Of a DNA stretch of 64,000 bases, positions 46,500-56,047 are shown one piece after another. A model generated the notes under the pieces. The model saw only the letters and a list, made by a program, of their open reading frames with translations. It did no database searches and had not been told where the DNA came from. The translations under genes and the position numbers were made by a program. Each line of letters starts with the position of its first letter. Position 1 is the stretch's first letter. The stretch spans positions 10,885 through 74,884 of the forward strand of contig CAZNZK010000005.1 in assembly GCA_964577595.1 (NCBI GenBank), given 5' to 3'. Origin of the DNA: an uncultured Candidatus Saccharibacteria bacterium (lineage in GTDB: Bacteria > Patescibacteriota > Minisyncoccia > Phycocordibacterales > JAKAEA01).

Positions 46500-48980
46500 A
46501 TGGCTCTTAATCGCGCGCTTCGTTGGATTTGTGTTGCCGGCTTGTTTGCTTTGGCGTTCGTGCCGCTTTTTGTCTCCAATCATCTATTTTTCCCCTTTAT
46601 CAGTGGTAAGGGTTTTTATTTTCGCATCATCACGGAAATTATTCTTGCGGCGTGGGTAGTTCTGGCAATAACCGACGTCTCAGTGCGCCCGAAAAAATCT
46701 TGGCTTGGCTGGGCCGCCGTGGCTTTTGTCGGCATTATTTTCCTAGCCGACGTGTTTGGCGAGTATCCCTACAAGAGTTTTTGGTCCAATTACGAGCGTA
46801 TGGAGGGTTGGGTAACGCTCGCGCACCTCTTAGGGTACGGTATTGTCGCCGCTACGGTTTTGGGGCGCGATATGTGGGAGCGTTTGTGGCAAACCTGGAT
46901 AGGCGTGGGTATGACACTCATTTTGTATTCTTTCCTGCAAATCGCTAACCTGCTTCGTATTGACCAAGGTGCCAACCGCGTGGACGCTACGCTCGGCAAC
47001 TCCGCCTACCTGGCTATTTACATGCTTTTTGTCGTATTTTTGATTTTGTTTTTCTTGGTGCGGCGCGGAAAAGAATTCAACGCCCGTAGTCACTGGTGGT
47101 TGGCGCTCGGTTTCAATGCCGGCTTTCTGGTGTTTTGCGCCTTACATCTTTACGGTAATGCTATTAGTGCTGACACGGTATCGCCAGCGATTTTTTGGGC
47201 CATAGCGGGGCTCGTTATCGGTGACTTGCTCATGCTTTTTTCTGCGCTTTTTGAACGCGGCCGATGGCTTTACGGTTTGCTCGCGGTGTTGAGTTTCTTT
47301 GTGATTTTTCAAACGGAAACGCGCGGTACGTTGCTTGGTCTTGTTGGCGGTATCGCTCTAGCCGCGCTCCTTCTGGGTCTCTTTGAAAAAGAACGTGTTT
47401 GGCTAAAGCGTACAGGCTGGGGTATTGTCATTGGTTTATGCGTTGTTGTCGCCCTCTTTATGGGGTTGCGACACAGCTCGTTGGTACGTTCTAATAGCAC
47501 GCTCTCGCGTTTGGCCGATATTTCCATATCCGATCCGACCACGCAGTCGCGTTTTCTGTTGTGGGACATGAGTTGGCAAGGTTTTTTAGAGCGGCCCATT
47601 CTCGGTTGGGGTCAGGAGAGCTTTAATTACGTATTCAATAAATTCTACGACCCGCGTCTTTACAGCGATGAACAGTGGTTTGACCGTGCTCACGACATTG
47701 TCTTTGATTGGCTAACGGCCGGTGGAGCACTAGGTCTTCTTTCTTACTTTGCTCTTTTTGGCGCTATTTTATGGTATGTGTGGGTTGGGGAGGGTACTGG
47801 GCGGAAGGAGGGCGCTGTTAATCGTGGTGGCTGGGAGGCCTGGAAACAGTTTGGTGGCGTAGCCGGTGGTAATCCATTTTCTATCGCGGAGCGGGCCATG
47901 TTAACGGGTTTACTCGCCGGTTATCTCGTGCATAATCTTTTTGTTTTTGACAACATTACCAGCTACCTTTTCTACGTTACTCTTGCGGCGTATGTGTATG
48001 CGCGGCGCACTATGTGGCCGGCTGAAGGCGTTGGGGCAACTCACGTTCACGTGCGGCCCAACCGTTTTGTACTTCCGGCAGTCGCAGTAGTGCTTGTTCT
48101 TGTGGTCTATTACATCAATGTTAAGCCTTTGGCTGCTAATATTGATTTAATCAATGCTATTTCGCCGGCGACCCAGCCAACGGTTAGCGATACTATCACT
48201 GCTTATCAGGCCGCTCTGGCTTGGCGCTCATTTGGTGACTCGGAAGTTCGTGAGCAGGTCTTCGGTTCACTTGACCAGCTCGCGGGTCAGGTAAGCAATT
48301 CTGCCCAGCAAACGGGCACTGGCCAGCCAGATCCTGCTTTGGTGGCAGAAGAAAGTAAGATGATCACGTTTGTTAAAGAGCAGGCGCAAGTGCAACTTAC
48401 GCGTACTCCAAATGATACGCGCTACTATCTACTTCCCGCTTCAGTTTTAGCAGATGCTGGAGATTATGCGTCAGCCTTGCTATTGCTTCAGCAGGCCGTG
48501 GTTCTATCGCCGAAGAAGCAGACGGTTTTGTTTGAGTTGGCCTCAGTGTATATTGGAGAACAAAAGTTTGACCAAGCTCTGGCAACGCTTCAGACAGCTT
48601 TCCAGCTTGACACTTCCGACCAAATGGCACATTTGTTGTATGCCGCTGCCGCTATCTATGACAAAAAGGAGCCGTTGGCCAATCAAATTCTACAAACGCC
48701 ACCTGCCGTTTCCGCCGCTGATGCGGCTGGGAGCGATGCTGTCCTGCACGCCTACTATTTCATCGGCGATTATAAAGCCGTTCTCAATGTGTGGCAGGCC
48801 CGCGTAGCCGCCGCGCCCGACAATATTAACAATTATGTTTCTTTAGCCGGCGCCTACCTTCTGTTAAAGGATAGTCGCGATGCTATCGCCACTCTCCAGA
48901 AAGTGGAACAGCTTCAGCCCCAATACAAGACTCAGGTTGATCAATATATTACAGCCATTCAACAAGGTAAAACCCCGTAA
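46500..48980 (+). CDS. Wzy_C (O-antigen ligase family) membrane protein fused to C-terminal TPR repeats
   Basis: About 12 TM helices, then a periplasmic loop with FQTETRGTLLGLVGG, further TM helices, then a ~280-aa TPR-like region. Confidence 0.65.
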   Translation: MALNRALRWICVAGLFALAFVPLFVSNHLFFPFISGKGFYFRIITEIILAAWVVLAITDVSVRPKKSWLGWAAVAFVGIIFLADVFGEYPYKSFWSNYERMEGWVTLAHLLGYGIVAATVLGRDMWERLWQTWIGVGMTLILYSFLQIANLLRIDQGANRVDATLGNSAYLAIYMLFVVFLILFFLVRRGKEFNARSHWWLALGFNAGFLVFCALHLYGNAISADTVSPAIFWAIAGLVIGDLLMLFSALFERGRWLYGLLAVLSFFVIFQTETRGTLLGLVGGIALAALLLGLFEKERVWLKRTGWGIVIGLCVVVALFMGLRHSSLVRSNSTLSRLADISISDPTTQSRFLLWDMSWQGFLERPILGWGQESFNYVFNKFYDPRLYSDEQWFDRAHDIVFDWLTAGGALGLLSYFALFGAILWYVWVGEGTGRKEGAVNRGGWEAWKQFGGVAGGNPFSIAERAMLTGLLAGYLVHNLFVFDNITSYLFYVTLAAYVYARRTMWPAEGVGATHVHVRPNRFVLPAVAVVLVLVVYYINVKPLAANIDLINAISPATQPTVSDTITAYQAALAWRSFGDSEVREQVFGSLDQLAGQVSNSAQQTGTGQPDPALVAEESKMITFVKEQAQVQLTRTPNDTRYYLLPASVLADAGDYASALLLLQQAVVLSPKKQTVLFELASVYIGEQKFDQALATLQTAFQLDTSDQMAHLLYAAAAIYDKKEPLANQILQTPPAVSAADAAGSDAVLHAYYFIGDYKAVLNVWQARVAAAPDNINNYVSLAGAYLLLKDSRDAIATLQKVEQLQPQYKTQVDQYITAIQQGKTP

Positions 48981-49060
48981 AATTTGACAGTATCGGTGAT
49001 TGTGCTATACTGCGTGGCGTGAGTGCAGAACTTCGGTTCTTGCTTCTCTACAATGTAGCG

Positions 49061-49089
49061 AAAAAACCTGGCATCAGCCAGGTTTTTTT
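49061..49089. terminator. Bidirectional-type rho-independent terminator
   Basis: AAAAAA-cctggc-atca-gccagg-TTTTTTT. Confidence 0.7.
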
Positions 49090-49236
49090 GTTGCTTCTCG
49101 GTTTTTTATTGCTTCGCATGATGAGCTGTACTACACTAGGGTAGGGTTGTATCAAGAATTGGTTGACGGTCGCACTCACATACTACATTGTTTTGGAGGT
49201 AGCCCCGTCAACCAATTCTGGACGCAATCTTATTTT

Positions 49237-50250
49237 ATGATTGAAATTAAAGAGCATATTGCCTTGGCCGACCATGGTACATTCAGGGTCGGTGGCCCAG
49301 CTCGTTTTTTTGTGGAAGCGACAACACTGGCTGATATAAAAGAGGCTTTGGTTTTTCAACGGGCGGCCAGTATGCCACTTTTTGTGCTTGGTGGCGGTTC
49401 TAATATGCTTTTTAGTGACGGCGGTTTTGACGGCCTCGTTTTAAAGATGTGCCTGCGCGGCATTGTCCACGAAGGTGATGAATTGGTGGCCGGGGCTGGT
49501 GTTACCTGGGATGATTTGGTGGCCTACGCGGTGACCCGCGAGCTCGGCGGCTTGGAAAACCTCTCCGGTATTCCCGGTACCGTTGGCGGGGCGGTTGTGG
49601 GAAATATTGGTGCCTACGGAAAGGAAGTGAAAGACATTCTGCGGTGGGTGGAGATACTTGATGGCGGCAAAGTGCGACGCCTTTTACCGAGCGAGTGCGC
49701 CTTTGTGTATCGCTCCAGTGTTTTCAAGACATCGGTGGGACGGCAGTATATTGTGTTGCGGGCGGCATTTAATGCAAAGAAGCAAACTAAGCCGATCCTT
49801 AATTATCCCGATTTGTTGCGTCACTTTAACGCGCGCGATACCTTGCCGCCTACGCTGACGCCGGCTGTGGTACGCAGGGCGGTCCTTGAAATCCGCGCGG
49901 CAAAATTGCCCGACATTCGTAAGGTCGGCACAGCCGGCTCATTTTTTAAGAACCCAATTATTTCAATCGAGCAGTATACTGAGCTCAAGAAGCGTTTTCC
50001 TGAAATGCCAAGTTTCCCCGTGGCCGAAGCAGGCCGGGTCAAAGTGCCGGCTGGTTGGATTCTGGATAAAATATGCGGCTTTAAGGGTAAGCGTTGGGGT
50101 GCTGTGGGCACCTACGAACAGCAGGCTTTGGTGTTGGTTAATTGGGGCGATGCCACTGCCGAAGATGTTATCCGTGCCGCCGACGAAATAATCGCGGCTG
50201 TTGCCGCCGCTACGAATATTACTCTGGAGCGAGAGGTTGAATATGTCTAA
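49237..50250 (+). CDS. murB: UDP-N-acetylenolpyruvoylglucosamine reductase
   Basis: FRVGGPARFF...LGGGSNMLFSD FAD-binding motif; 337 aa. The ORF-track extension to 49000 runs through the terminator and is rejected. Confidence 0.75.
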   Translation: MIEIKEHIALADHGTFRVGGPARFFVEATTLADIKEALVFQRAASMPLFVLGGGSNMLFSDGGFDGLVLKMCLRGIVHEGDELVAGAGVTWDDLVAYAVTRELGGLENLSGIPGTVGGAVVGNIGAYGKEVKDILRWVEILDGGKVRRLLPSECAFVYRSSVFKTSVGRQYIVLRAAFNAKKQTKPILNYPDLLRHFNARDTLPPTLTPAVVRRAVLEIRAAKLPDIRKVGTAGSFFKNPIISIEQYTELKKRFPEMPSFPVAEAGRVKVPAGWILDKICGFKGKRWGAVGTYEQQALVLVNWGDATAEDVIRAADEIIAAVAAATNITLEREVEYV

Positions 50251-51193
50251 GGGGGAATCGTAAAATAAATAACGTATCCGTTTCGGCACTTTGAACGTCC
50301 ACTGAACCCCCGAATTCTTTTTCCATAATGTCTTTAACCAACGAGAGGCCGATGCCGTTACCTTGCCCGGCCGGTTTGGTGGTAAAAAATGGCTCAAAAA
50401 TTTTTGGTAAAATATGCTCTGGAATTTTGGGGCCATTATTTTTTATGGCCACGTGTAGTGTGCCGCCATCTTGATGTGTTTGGATAGTACAGTGGCGGTC
50501 TGTTCCGTGACTATTGTTTTCACAAGCATCAATGGCATTAGCTACAATATTGGTTATGGTTTGATGAAAACGTAAAGCGTTTCCAAAGAGTAGGATGTCG
50601 TTGGGGGTTATGTGGCTAAGGGTCACCCCAGCCCCCCTCGCTTTGTATGCCAGAATATCTATAACTTCTCTTATCTCGTTGACTACGGAAAATTCCGCGT
50701 TCTCATTGGGATGTTCCTGAATTTGTTTGTTGATGATGGCGACGAGATTTTTCATCCGTTCGGTGGCTTTCAGGGCTTGGTCAATTCTCTGTCGCGTCTC
50801 AACAGCTTGAGGTGTTTGGCAGCATTTCAAGTCTTCAATAGTAATAGCGACGGCGGTTAGGGGGTTGACGAGATCGTGAAAGATACCACATGAGAGCTTG
50901 CCAAATTTAGCAATACGATACAAGTGTGCCAGTTTTTCCAACTGAACTTTTTTCAACTCACGAGTCCTCTCCTCAACTTGTCGTTCCAGAGAATTCCGCT
51001 CTTCTCGTATGGCGATTTCAGAGCGCTGGATACGGCGCAGTGATTCTCTAATTTCCCAATGCGATAGTCCAAAAATAACCGCGGTCGTGAAAAAAAGAAT
51101 GACAAAATCAACCGTGTGCAGTTTCCAAGCCGTTAAAGCAAAGCCAAGCTGGGCGCCGAGCATGAATGCCAGGATGATTCTGTTGGAATTCAT
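50219..51193 (-). CDS. Sensor histidine kinase
   Basis: Two N-terminal TM helices, H-box FHDLVNPL, N-box and GNGIGLSLV G2 box. Confidence 0.75.
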   Translation of the reverse strand: MNSNRIILAFMLGAQLGFALTAWKLHTVDFVILFFTTAVIFGLSHWEIRESLRRIQRSEIAIREERNSLERQVEERTRELKKVQLEKLAHLYRIAKFGKLSCGIFHDLVNPLTAVAITIEDLKCCQTPQAVETRQRIDQALKATERMKNLVAIINKQIQEHPNENAEFSVVNEIREVIDILAYKARGAGVTLSHITPNDILLFGNALRFHQTITNIVANAIDACENNSHGTDRHCTIQTHQDGGTLHVAIKNNGPKIPEHILPKIFEPFFTTKPAGQGNGIGLSLVKDIMEKEFGGSVDVQSAETDTLFILRFPLRHIQPLAPE

Positions 51194-51199
51194 ATGAGG

Positions 51200-51874
51200 T
51201 TACGAAGACGTGTCTATTCTATAGCCACGTCCAGGCACCGTATGCAGAAGGCGGTGACTTTTACTGTCGCCAATTTTCCGGCGAATATTTAAAATGTGCG
51301 CTTCAATAGTATTTGAAAAAGGGTCAGTTCCCGCGTTCCAAACGTGCTCCATAATGAGTGATCGGGAAACGACTTGGCCCCGATGCCGCAACATGAATTC
51401 AAGCAGGGTGAACTCTTTGCGGGTTAGATATATTTCTTTGTTGGCGCGGACAACCCGTTGTTCTTGAATATTCAGCCGAAGGTCGGCGATTTCTAAGGTG
51501 TCCGATTCAAGGACTCGTGGTCGACGGGAGAGTGCCCGGACTCGGGCCATCAGTTCGCGAAACGAAAACGGCTTTGTGACATAATCATCGGCACCGGCCT
51601 GGAGTAGTCGCACTTTTTGCTCAACGCTGGCGTTGACGGAAAGCATTAAGATGGGACAGGTGCGGCCATATCGGCGTAACTCCGCGCATATCGTGCAACC
51701 ATCTTTTTCAGGTAACATGAGATCAAGAACAATAAAATCGTACTCATTGGTTTTTCCAAGGAAAGAAGCGTGGTCACCGCTACTGGATGTATCCACGATT
51801 ATTCCTTCACTGCTGAAGCCTCGGTGGAGAGAATCCAGGAGGTCTACATCGTCGTCCACAATGAGCATTCTCAT
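51200..51874 (-). CDS. OmpR-family response regulator
   Basis: REC domain (MLIVDDD, phosphoacceptor Asp in DLMLP) plus a winged-helix C-terminal domain. Confidence 0.8.
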   Translation of the reverse strand: MRMLIVDDDVDLLDSLHRGFSSEGIIVDTSSSGDHASFLGKTNEYDFIVLDLMLPEKDGCTICAELRRYGRTCPILMLSVNASVEQKVRLLQAGADDYVTKPFSFRELMARVRALSRRPRVLESDTLEIADLRLNIQEQRVVRANKEIYLTRKEFTLLEFMLRHRGQVVSRSLIMEHVWNAGTDPFSNTIEAHILNIRRKIGDSKSHRLLHTVPGRGYRIDTSS

Positions 51875-52078
51875 GATTGTCGAGTTGGTGGGTAATAGTC
51901 TGAGCCTAGCAGATATTACGCAAAGGAGGGAAACGGAACGGGGGATAGGTCTTTATAAAGTTTTTATCTCGATTTTCGTGGGTAGTAATCTTTACAGGTG
52001 CATCTTTCTGTTTTGTGAAGCAAAAAACAGCCTGTAATGCTTGCCTCTGCTACACCCTCTACGATAGAATTACCAACC

Positions 52079-54778
52079 ATGAGCATAACTATCACCAAAC
52101 ACGACGGTACGAAAGAAGTTTTTAATGCCGATAAAATTAACCGGTCAATTGAGCGCGCCTGCAGAGGCCTTTCTAATCCGGTTGGGATGGTCACGCAAAT
52201 CGCTACCGAAACAGAATTGACGCTCTATGATGGCATGACCACCGATGAAATGGATCAGGCCACCATCAGCGCCGCCGTTCAAAATATTCAGCAAGATATT
52301 GAATACGATAAAGTAGCCACGCGCCTTTTGTTGAAAACTGTGTACCGCCGAGTGGTGGGGGAATACGACAAAGATGACACTGAAGACCTTCGCATTAAGC
52401 ACCGCGATGCTTTTATTAAGTATGTTAAAGACGGCATCAGTAACAATCGCCTCCACCCTGACATGGCCGCCAAGTTTAATTTGGAGAAAATCGCCGACGC
52501 CTTGCGGCCTGAACGCGACGACATGTTCATCTATTCGGGCTTAGACGGCATGATGAATCGCTATGCAATAAAAGACATGCAGCAGAAATCTATGGAAACG
52601 CCCCAGTTTCTTTTTATGCGCATTGCTATGGGCCTTTCCTATAATGAGAAAGATCCTACCGCCTGGGCTATCAGGTTTTATAACAAAATGTCTAAGCATG
52701 AGTATATCGCCGGCGGCTCTACCAACCTCGGTGCTGGCACGATGCGCCCGGCTCTTTCCAACTGTTTCCTTTTGGAAATGCACGACAATATGGAGCATAT
52801 CGCCAAAACAGTTTCCGATGTTCTCCTGCTTTCTAAGGCCTCGGGCGGTATTGGCGCGAGTATAACCAAGTTGCGTGCCAGCGGCTCGCCACTTAAGAGT
52901 AATTATGGCGGCGCCTCCACCGGTCCCACTTCTTTTGCTAAGGTTATTGATACTGCCATTCGTGCCGTAATGCGCGGTGGCAAAAAGAAAGGTGCCCTGG
53001 CCTTCTATATGGAAAACTGGCACTTGGATTTTCCGGAATTTTTAGATTGGAAGAGTAACAACGGCGACGATTACATGCGCATGCGCACTGCCAACACGGC
53101 CGTCTTCTTGAGCGATGAATTCATGAAGCGTGTGGAAAAAGGTCAGGACTGGTACATGTTTGACCCTGTTGAAGTTATGGATCTCAACGAGCTCTATGGC
53201 ACCGCTTTCTCCGAGCGCTATCAGCACTATATAGAAATGGCTGATACGGGCAAAATGCGCACCTACAAAAAAGTGCCGGCTTCTGAACAGTTACGCCAAA
53301 TTCTTGTTTCTCTGCAAAGCACGGCTCATCCCTGGCTTATTTGGAAGGATACCATCAACCTACGCGCCCTCAACAACAACACCGGCACCATCCACATGTC
53401 CAATTTATGCACGGAAATTTGCTTGCCGCAGGACAAAGACCATATCGCCGTTTGTAACCTTGCTTCGCTCAATCTCGGCGCGCACATTGTTAATAAGGAA
53501 GTTAACTGGATGAAGTTGGAAGAATCTGTGCGTATGGCAATCCGCCAGCTCGATAACTTGGTTGATATCAACAAGTTGCCAATTCCCGAAGCGGAACGTT
53601 CCGATAAAGAAAATCGTGCCATCGGCCTCGGCGTCATGGGTCTTGCTGATGCTCTTGAGCAACTCGGCCTTGCCTATGATTCCGAATACGCCTGGGATTT
53701 TACCGATCGCATTTTTGAATTCGTCAGTTATATGGCAATTGATGAGTCCACTAACTTGGCCCGCGAGCGCGGTTCCTACTCCAATTTCGCCGGTTCTGAA
53801 TGGTCAAAAGGTAAGGTGCCCATTGATTCTATCGCTACCCTGGAAGCTGGTCGTGGTCGCCCCGTGACGGTTTCTAAAGAAAGCCGCCATCGTGGCCTTA
53901 ATTGGGATATTTTGCGCGAAAAGGTCCGAAGGGGTATGCGCAACGCCACGCTTATGGCTGTGGCACCCAACGCCAATATCGGCCTTTTGGTAGGCACTAC
54001 ACCAGGCATTGACCCACGTTTCTCGCAGGTTTTTGCTCGAAATAAAATTTCCGGCAAATACATGGATATCAACCATAACCTGGTGAAGGATTTGAAGAAT
54101 ATGGGCATCTGGGAAAAAGTTCGCGATCAAATCATTGAAAACCAAGGTGACATTACCGACATCGTCGGTATTCCACAGCACATTCAGCACATTTATAAAA
54201 CATCGTTCAGCACCTCGCCTTACGCCTTCATTGAGGTAGCCGCCCGCGCTCAGAAGTGGGTTGACCAAGCTCTTTCGCGCAATATGTATCTGGACACTCG
54301 CGACACCGATGAAATCATGCGCATCTATCAAACCGCCTGGGACAAAGGGCTCAAGAGCACCTATTACTTGCACATGAAGCCTCGCCACACTGCCGAGCAA
54401 AGCACCGTAGCGGTCAATAAGGCCACGCAAATAGGCAAAATCGGCTTTGCCGGCCTGCGTTTCAAAACCGCTCCCGCTGCTACACCAGCCTCACTGTCGC
54501 CTTTTTCCGTTCCACTTCAAAAAACCCTTGAGATTCCCGTTGAGTCCACCACAACCTCTTCTGATGGCCAAAGCCAGATGGTGACTGCCGAACAACCAAC
54601 TACTGTTGAAAAAGTCGAACCAAAAGCAGAGATAAAAGCAGAGCAACCGGTCACAACTAAAGGTTTCGCGGCAATCAAAAAACCAGAGCAAAAAATCGAG
54701 CACAAGCCCGAACAGCCAGCTTCCGTGCCCCCTGCCGCTAAAGCAAAAAAGTACATCTCTCTAGACAAGCTGAAATAA
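52079..54778 (+). CDS. nrdA: Ribonucleoside-diphosphate reductase alpha subunit (class I) with ATP-cone and unusual Cys-free C-terminal tail
   Basis: ATP-cone (ITKHDGTKEVFNADKI), SNLCTEICLP...VCNLASLNL active site and TYY motif. The last ~130 aa are K/E/P/T-rich with no cysteine. Alternative ATG at 52037. Confidence 0.8.
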   Translation: MSITITKHDGTKEVFNADKINRSIERACRGLSNPVGMVTQIATETELTLYDGMTTDEMDQATISAAVQNIQQDIEYDKVATRLLLKTVYRRVVGEYDKDDTEDLRIKHRDAFIKYVKDGISNNRLHPDMAAKFNLEKIADALRPERDDMFIYSGLDGMMNRYAIKDMQQKSMETPQFLFMRIAMGLSYNEKDPTAWAIRFYNKMSKHEYIAGGSTNLGAGTMRPALSNCFLLEMHDNMEHIAKTVSDVLLLSKASGGIGASITKLRASGSPLKSNYGGASTGPTSFAKVIDTAIRAVMRGGKKKGALAFYMENWHLDFPEFLDWKSNNGDDYMRMRTANTAVFLSDEFMKRVEKGQDWYMFDPVEVMDLNELYGTAFSERYQHYIEMADTGKMRTYKKVPASEQLRQILVSLQSTAHPWLIWKDTINLRALNNNTGTIHMSNLCTEICLPQDKDHIAVCNLASLNLGAHIVNKEVNWMKLEESVRMAIRQLDNLVDINKLPIPEAERSDKENRAIGLGVMGLADALEQLGLAYDSEYAWDFTDRIFEFVSYMAIDESTNLARERGSYSNFAGSEWSKGKVPIDSIATLEAGRGRPVTVSKESRHRGLNWDILREKVRRGMRNATLMAVAPNANIGLLVGTTPGIDPRFSQVFARNKISGKYMDINHNLVKDLKNMGIWEKVRDQIIENQGDITDIVGIPQHIQHIYKTSFSTSPYAFIEVAARAQKWVDQALSRNMYLDTRDTDEIMRIYQTAWDKGLKSTYYLHMKPRHTAEQSTVAVNKATQIGKIGFAGLRFKTAPAATPASLSPFSVPLQKTLEIPVESTTTSSDGQSQMVTAEQPTTVEKVEPKAEIKAEQPVTTKGFAAIKKPEQKIEHKPEQPASVPPAAKAKKYISLDKLK

Positions 54779-54857
54779 AAGTACTTCGCAGTAATCTTGT
54801 GCATAAAACTTGGCCATAGTATCATTGCCAAACAACTTTAATTTTAATCATACTATT

Positions 54858-55880
54858 ATGCTCATCGGCAAAGCTTCTCCGGAAGACATGAATCTCCACC
54901 CGCTTAATTACAAGTGGGCGTATGATCTCTATAATCAGGCAGTGCGCAACACCTGGTTCTCGCACGAAATCGCTCTCAAGGAAGATTTGGAAGATTGGAA
55001 TAAAATGACCGACGACGAGCGTCACGCGGTGGAGTTTCTTATGGCCTTCTTTAATCCGGCCGAGCTTATCGTTAATCGTTCCATTGCTCTCGGCATTTAT
55101 CCTTATTTGAAATCGCCGGAATGCCACCTCTACCTCGCCAAGCAAATGTGGGAAGAAGCCAACCACTGCGTGGCTTTTGAATACGTGCTGGAAACCTTCC
55201 CGCTCGATCGCGACAAGGTATACACGGTGCATTTGAATCTTCCTTCCATGCAGGCCAAGGAGCATTTTATTTTTAAGTATATGGAGCGGATGACGGAAAA
55301 GTCGCTGGACATCGCCACTATTGAAGGAAAGAAAGATTTTCTTCGCAATTTAGTGGCCACTAATATTGTGATGGAAGGTATTTGGTTTTATTCCGGCTTC
55401 ATGGTGGCGCTTTCGTTTCGCCAGCGCAACCAGCTTCGCAACTTGGGTTCTATGATCAATTGGGTTTTGCGCGATGAATCCCTCCACCTGAAATTCGGTA
55501 TTAATCTCATCCACAATGTTCTTGAGGAAAATCCGGATCTTCTCACTGAAGAATTTGCCGAAGAAATCCGCCAACTTATCATTACAGGGGTTGAGCTTGA
55601 AGTTGCGTATAATAAAGATCTGTTTCCGAAGGGCATTCTGGGCTTGAATGCCGACTACGTTAACCAGTACGTGCAATACGTAGCCGATCGTCGCCTTGAA
55701 GAGCTTGGCCTGCCGAAACATTTCAACGTTACTAACCCGGCAAAGTGGATGGCCACTTCTACCGACGTTTTTGAGCTTGTTAATTTCTTTGAAGCCCAAA
55801 ACACCAGCTACGAAGTTGATTCCGCCGCCTCAAAAAAGAAGCCGGAGAAAAGCGCATCCGCTGAAATGGGTGGGGAATAG
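54858..55880 (+). CDS. nrdB: Ribonucleoside-diphosphate reductase beta subunit (class I)
   Basis: Ferritin-like metal ligands (WEEANHCVAFEYVLE, RDESLHLKFG) and MEGIWFYSGF; TTG alternative at 54810. Confidence 0.75.
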   Translation: MLIGKASPEDMNLHPLNYKWAYDLYNQAVRNTWFSHEIALKEDLEDWNKMTDDERHAVEFLMAFFNPAELIVNRSIALGIYPYLKSPECHLYLAKQMWEEANHCVAFEYVLETFPLDRDKVYTVHLNLPSMQAKEHFIFKYMERMTEKSLDIATIEGKKDFLRNLVATNIVMEGIWFYSGFMVALSFRQRNQLRNLGSMINWVLRDESLHLKFGINLIHNVLEENPDLLTEEFAEEIRQLIITGVELEVAYNKDLFPKGILGLNADYVNQYVQYVADRRLEELGLPKHFNVTNPAKWMATSTDVFELVNFFEAQNTSYEVDSAASKKKPEKSASAEMGGE

Positions 55881-55906
55881 CCTCTTTTTGCACGCATAAA
55901 ATTTTG

Positions 55907-55935
55907 TTGCAAAACTCTCGGCGGTGGCGTAGTAT
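55907..55935 (+). promoter_or_regulatory. Sigma70-like promoter (TTGCAA-17-TAGTAT)
   Basis: Hexamers and spacer read directly from the sequence. Confidence 0.4.
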
Positions 55936-55944
55936 GGCCTTCTT

Positions 55945-56046
55945 ATGGGCAAGAAATTACTCTTTTTCGTGCTTCTGCCGATTTATGGGACACTAGGCCT
56001 TTTTCTCCTACTGACCTACGAGTGGTGGACTGGCCTCATTGGTTAA
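55945..56046 (+). CDS. Small hydrophobic peptide (33 aa), stop/start-coupled to downstream gene
   Basis: MGKKLLFFVLLPIYGTLGLFLLLTYEWWTGLIG*; its stop lies 1 nt before the ATG at 56048. Confidence 0.3.
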   Translation: MGKKLLFFVLLPIYGTLGLFLLLTYEWWTGLIG

Positions 56047-56047
56047 T

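Noticed and set aside
49000-49236. Upstream extension of the murB ORF to 49000
   Set aside because: The extension begins with a non-ATG codon and reads through a strong rho-independent terminator (49061-49089). The MurB homology starts at the ATG at 49237.
52541-54430. Several 100-200-aa minus-strand ORFs
   Set aside because: All lie inside nrdA, which has unambiguous ATP-cone and active-site motifs on the plus strand.
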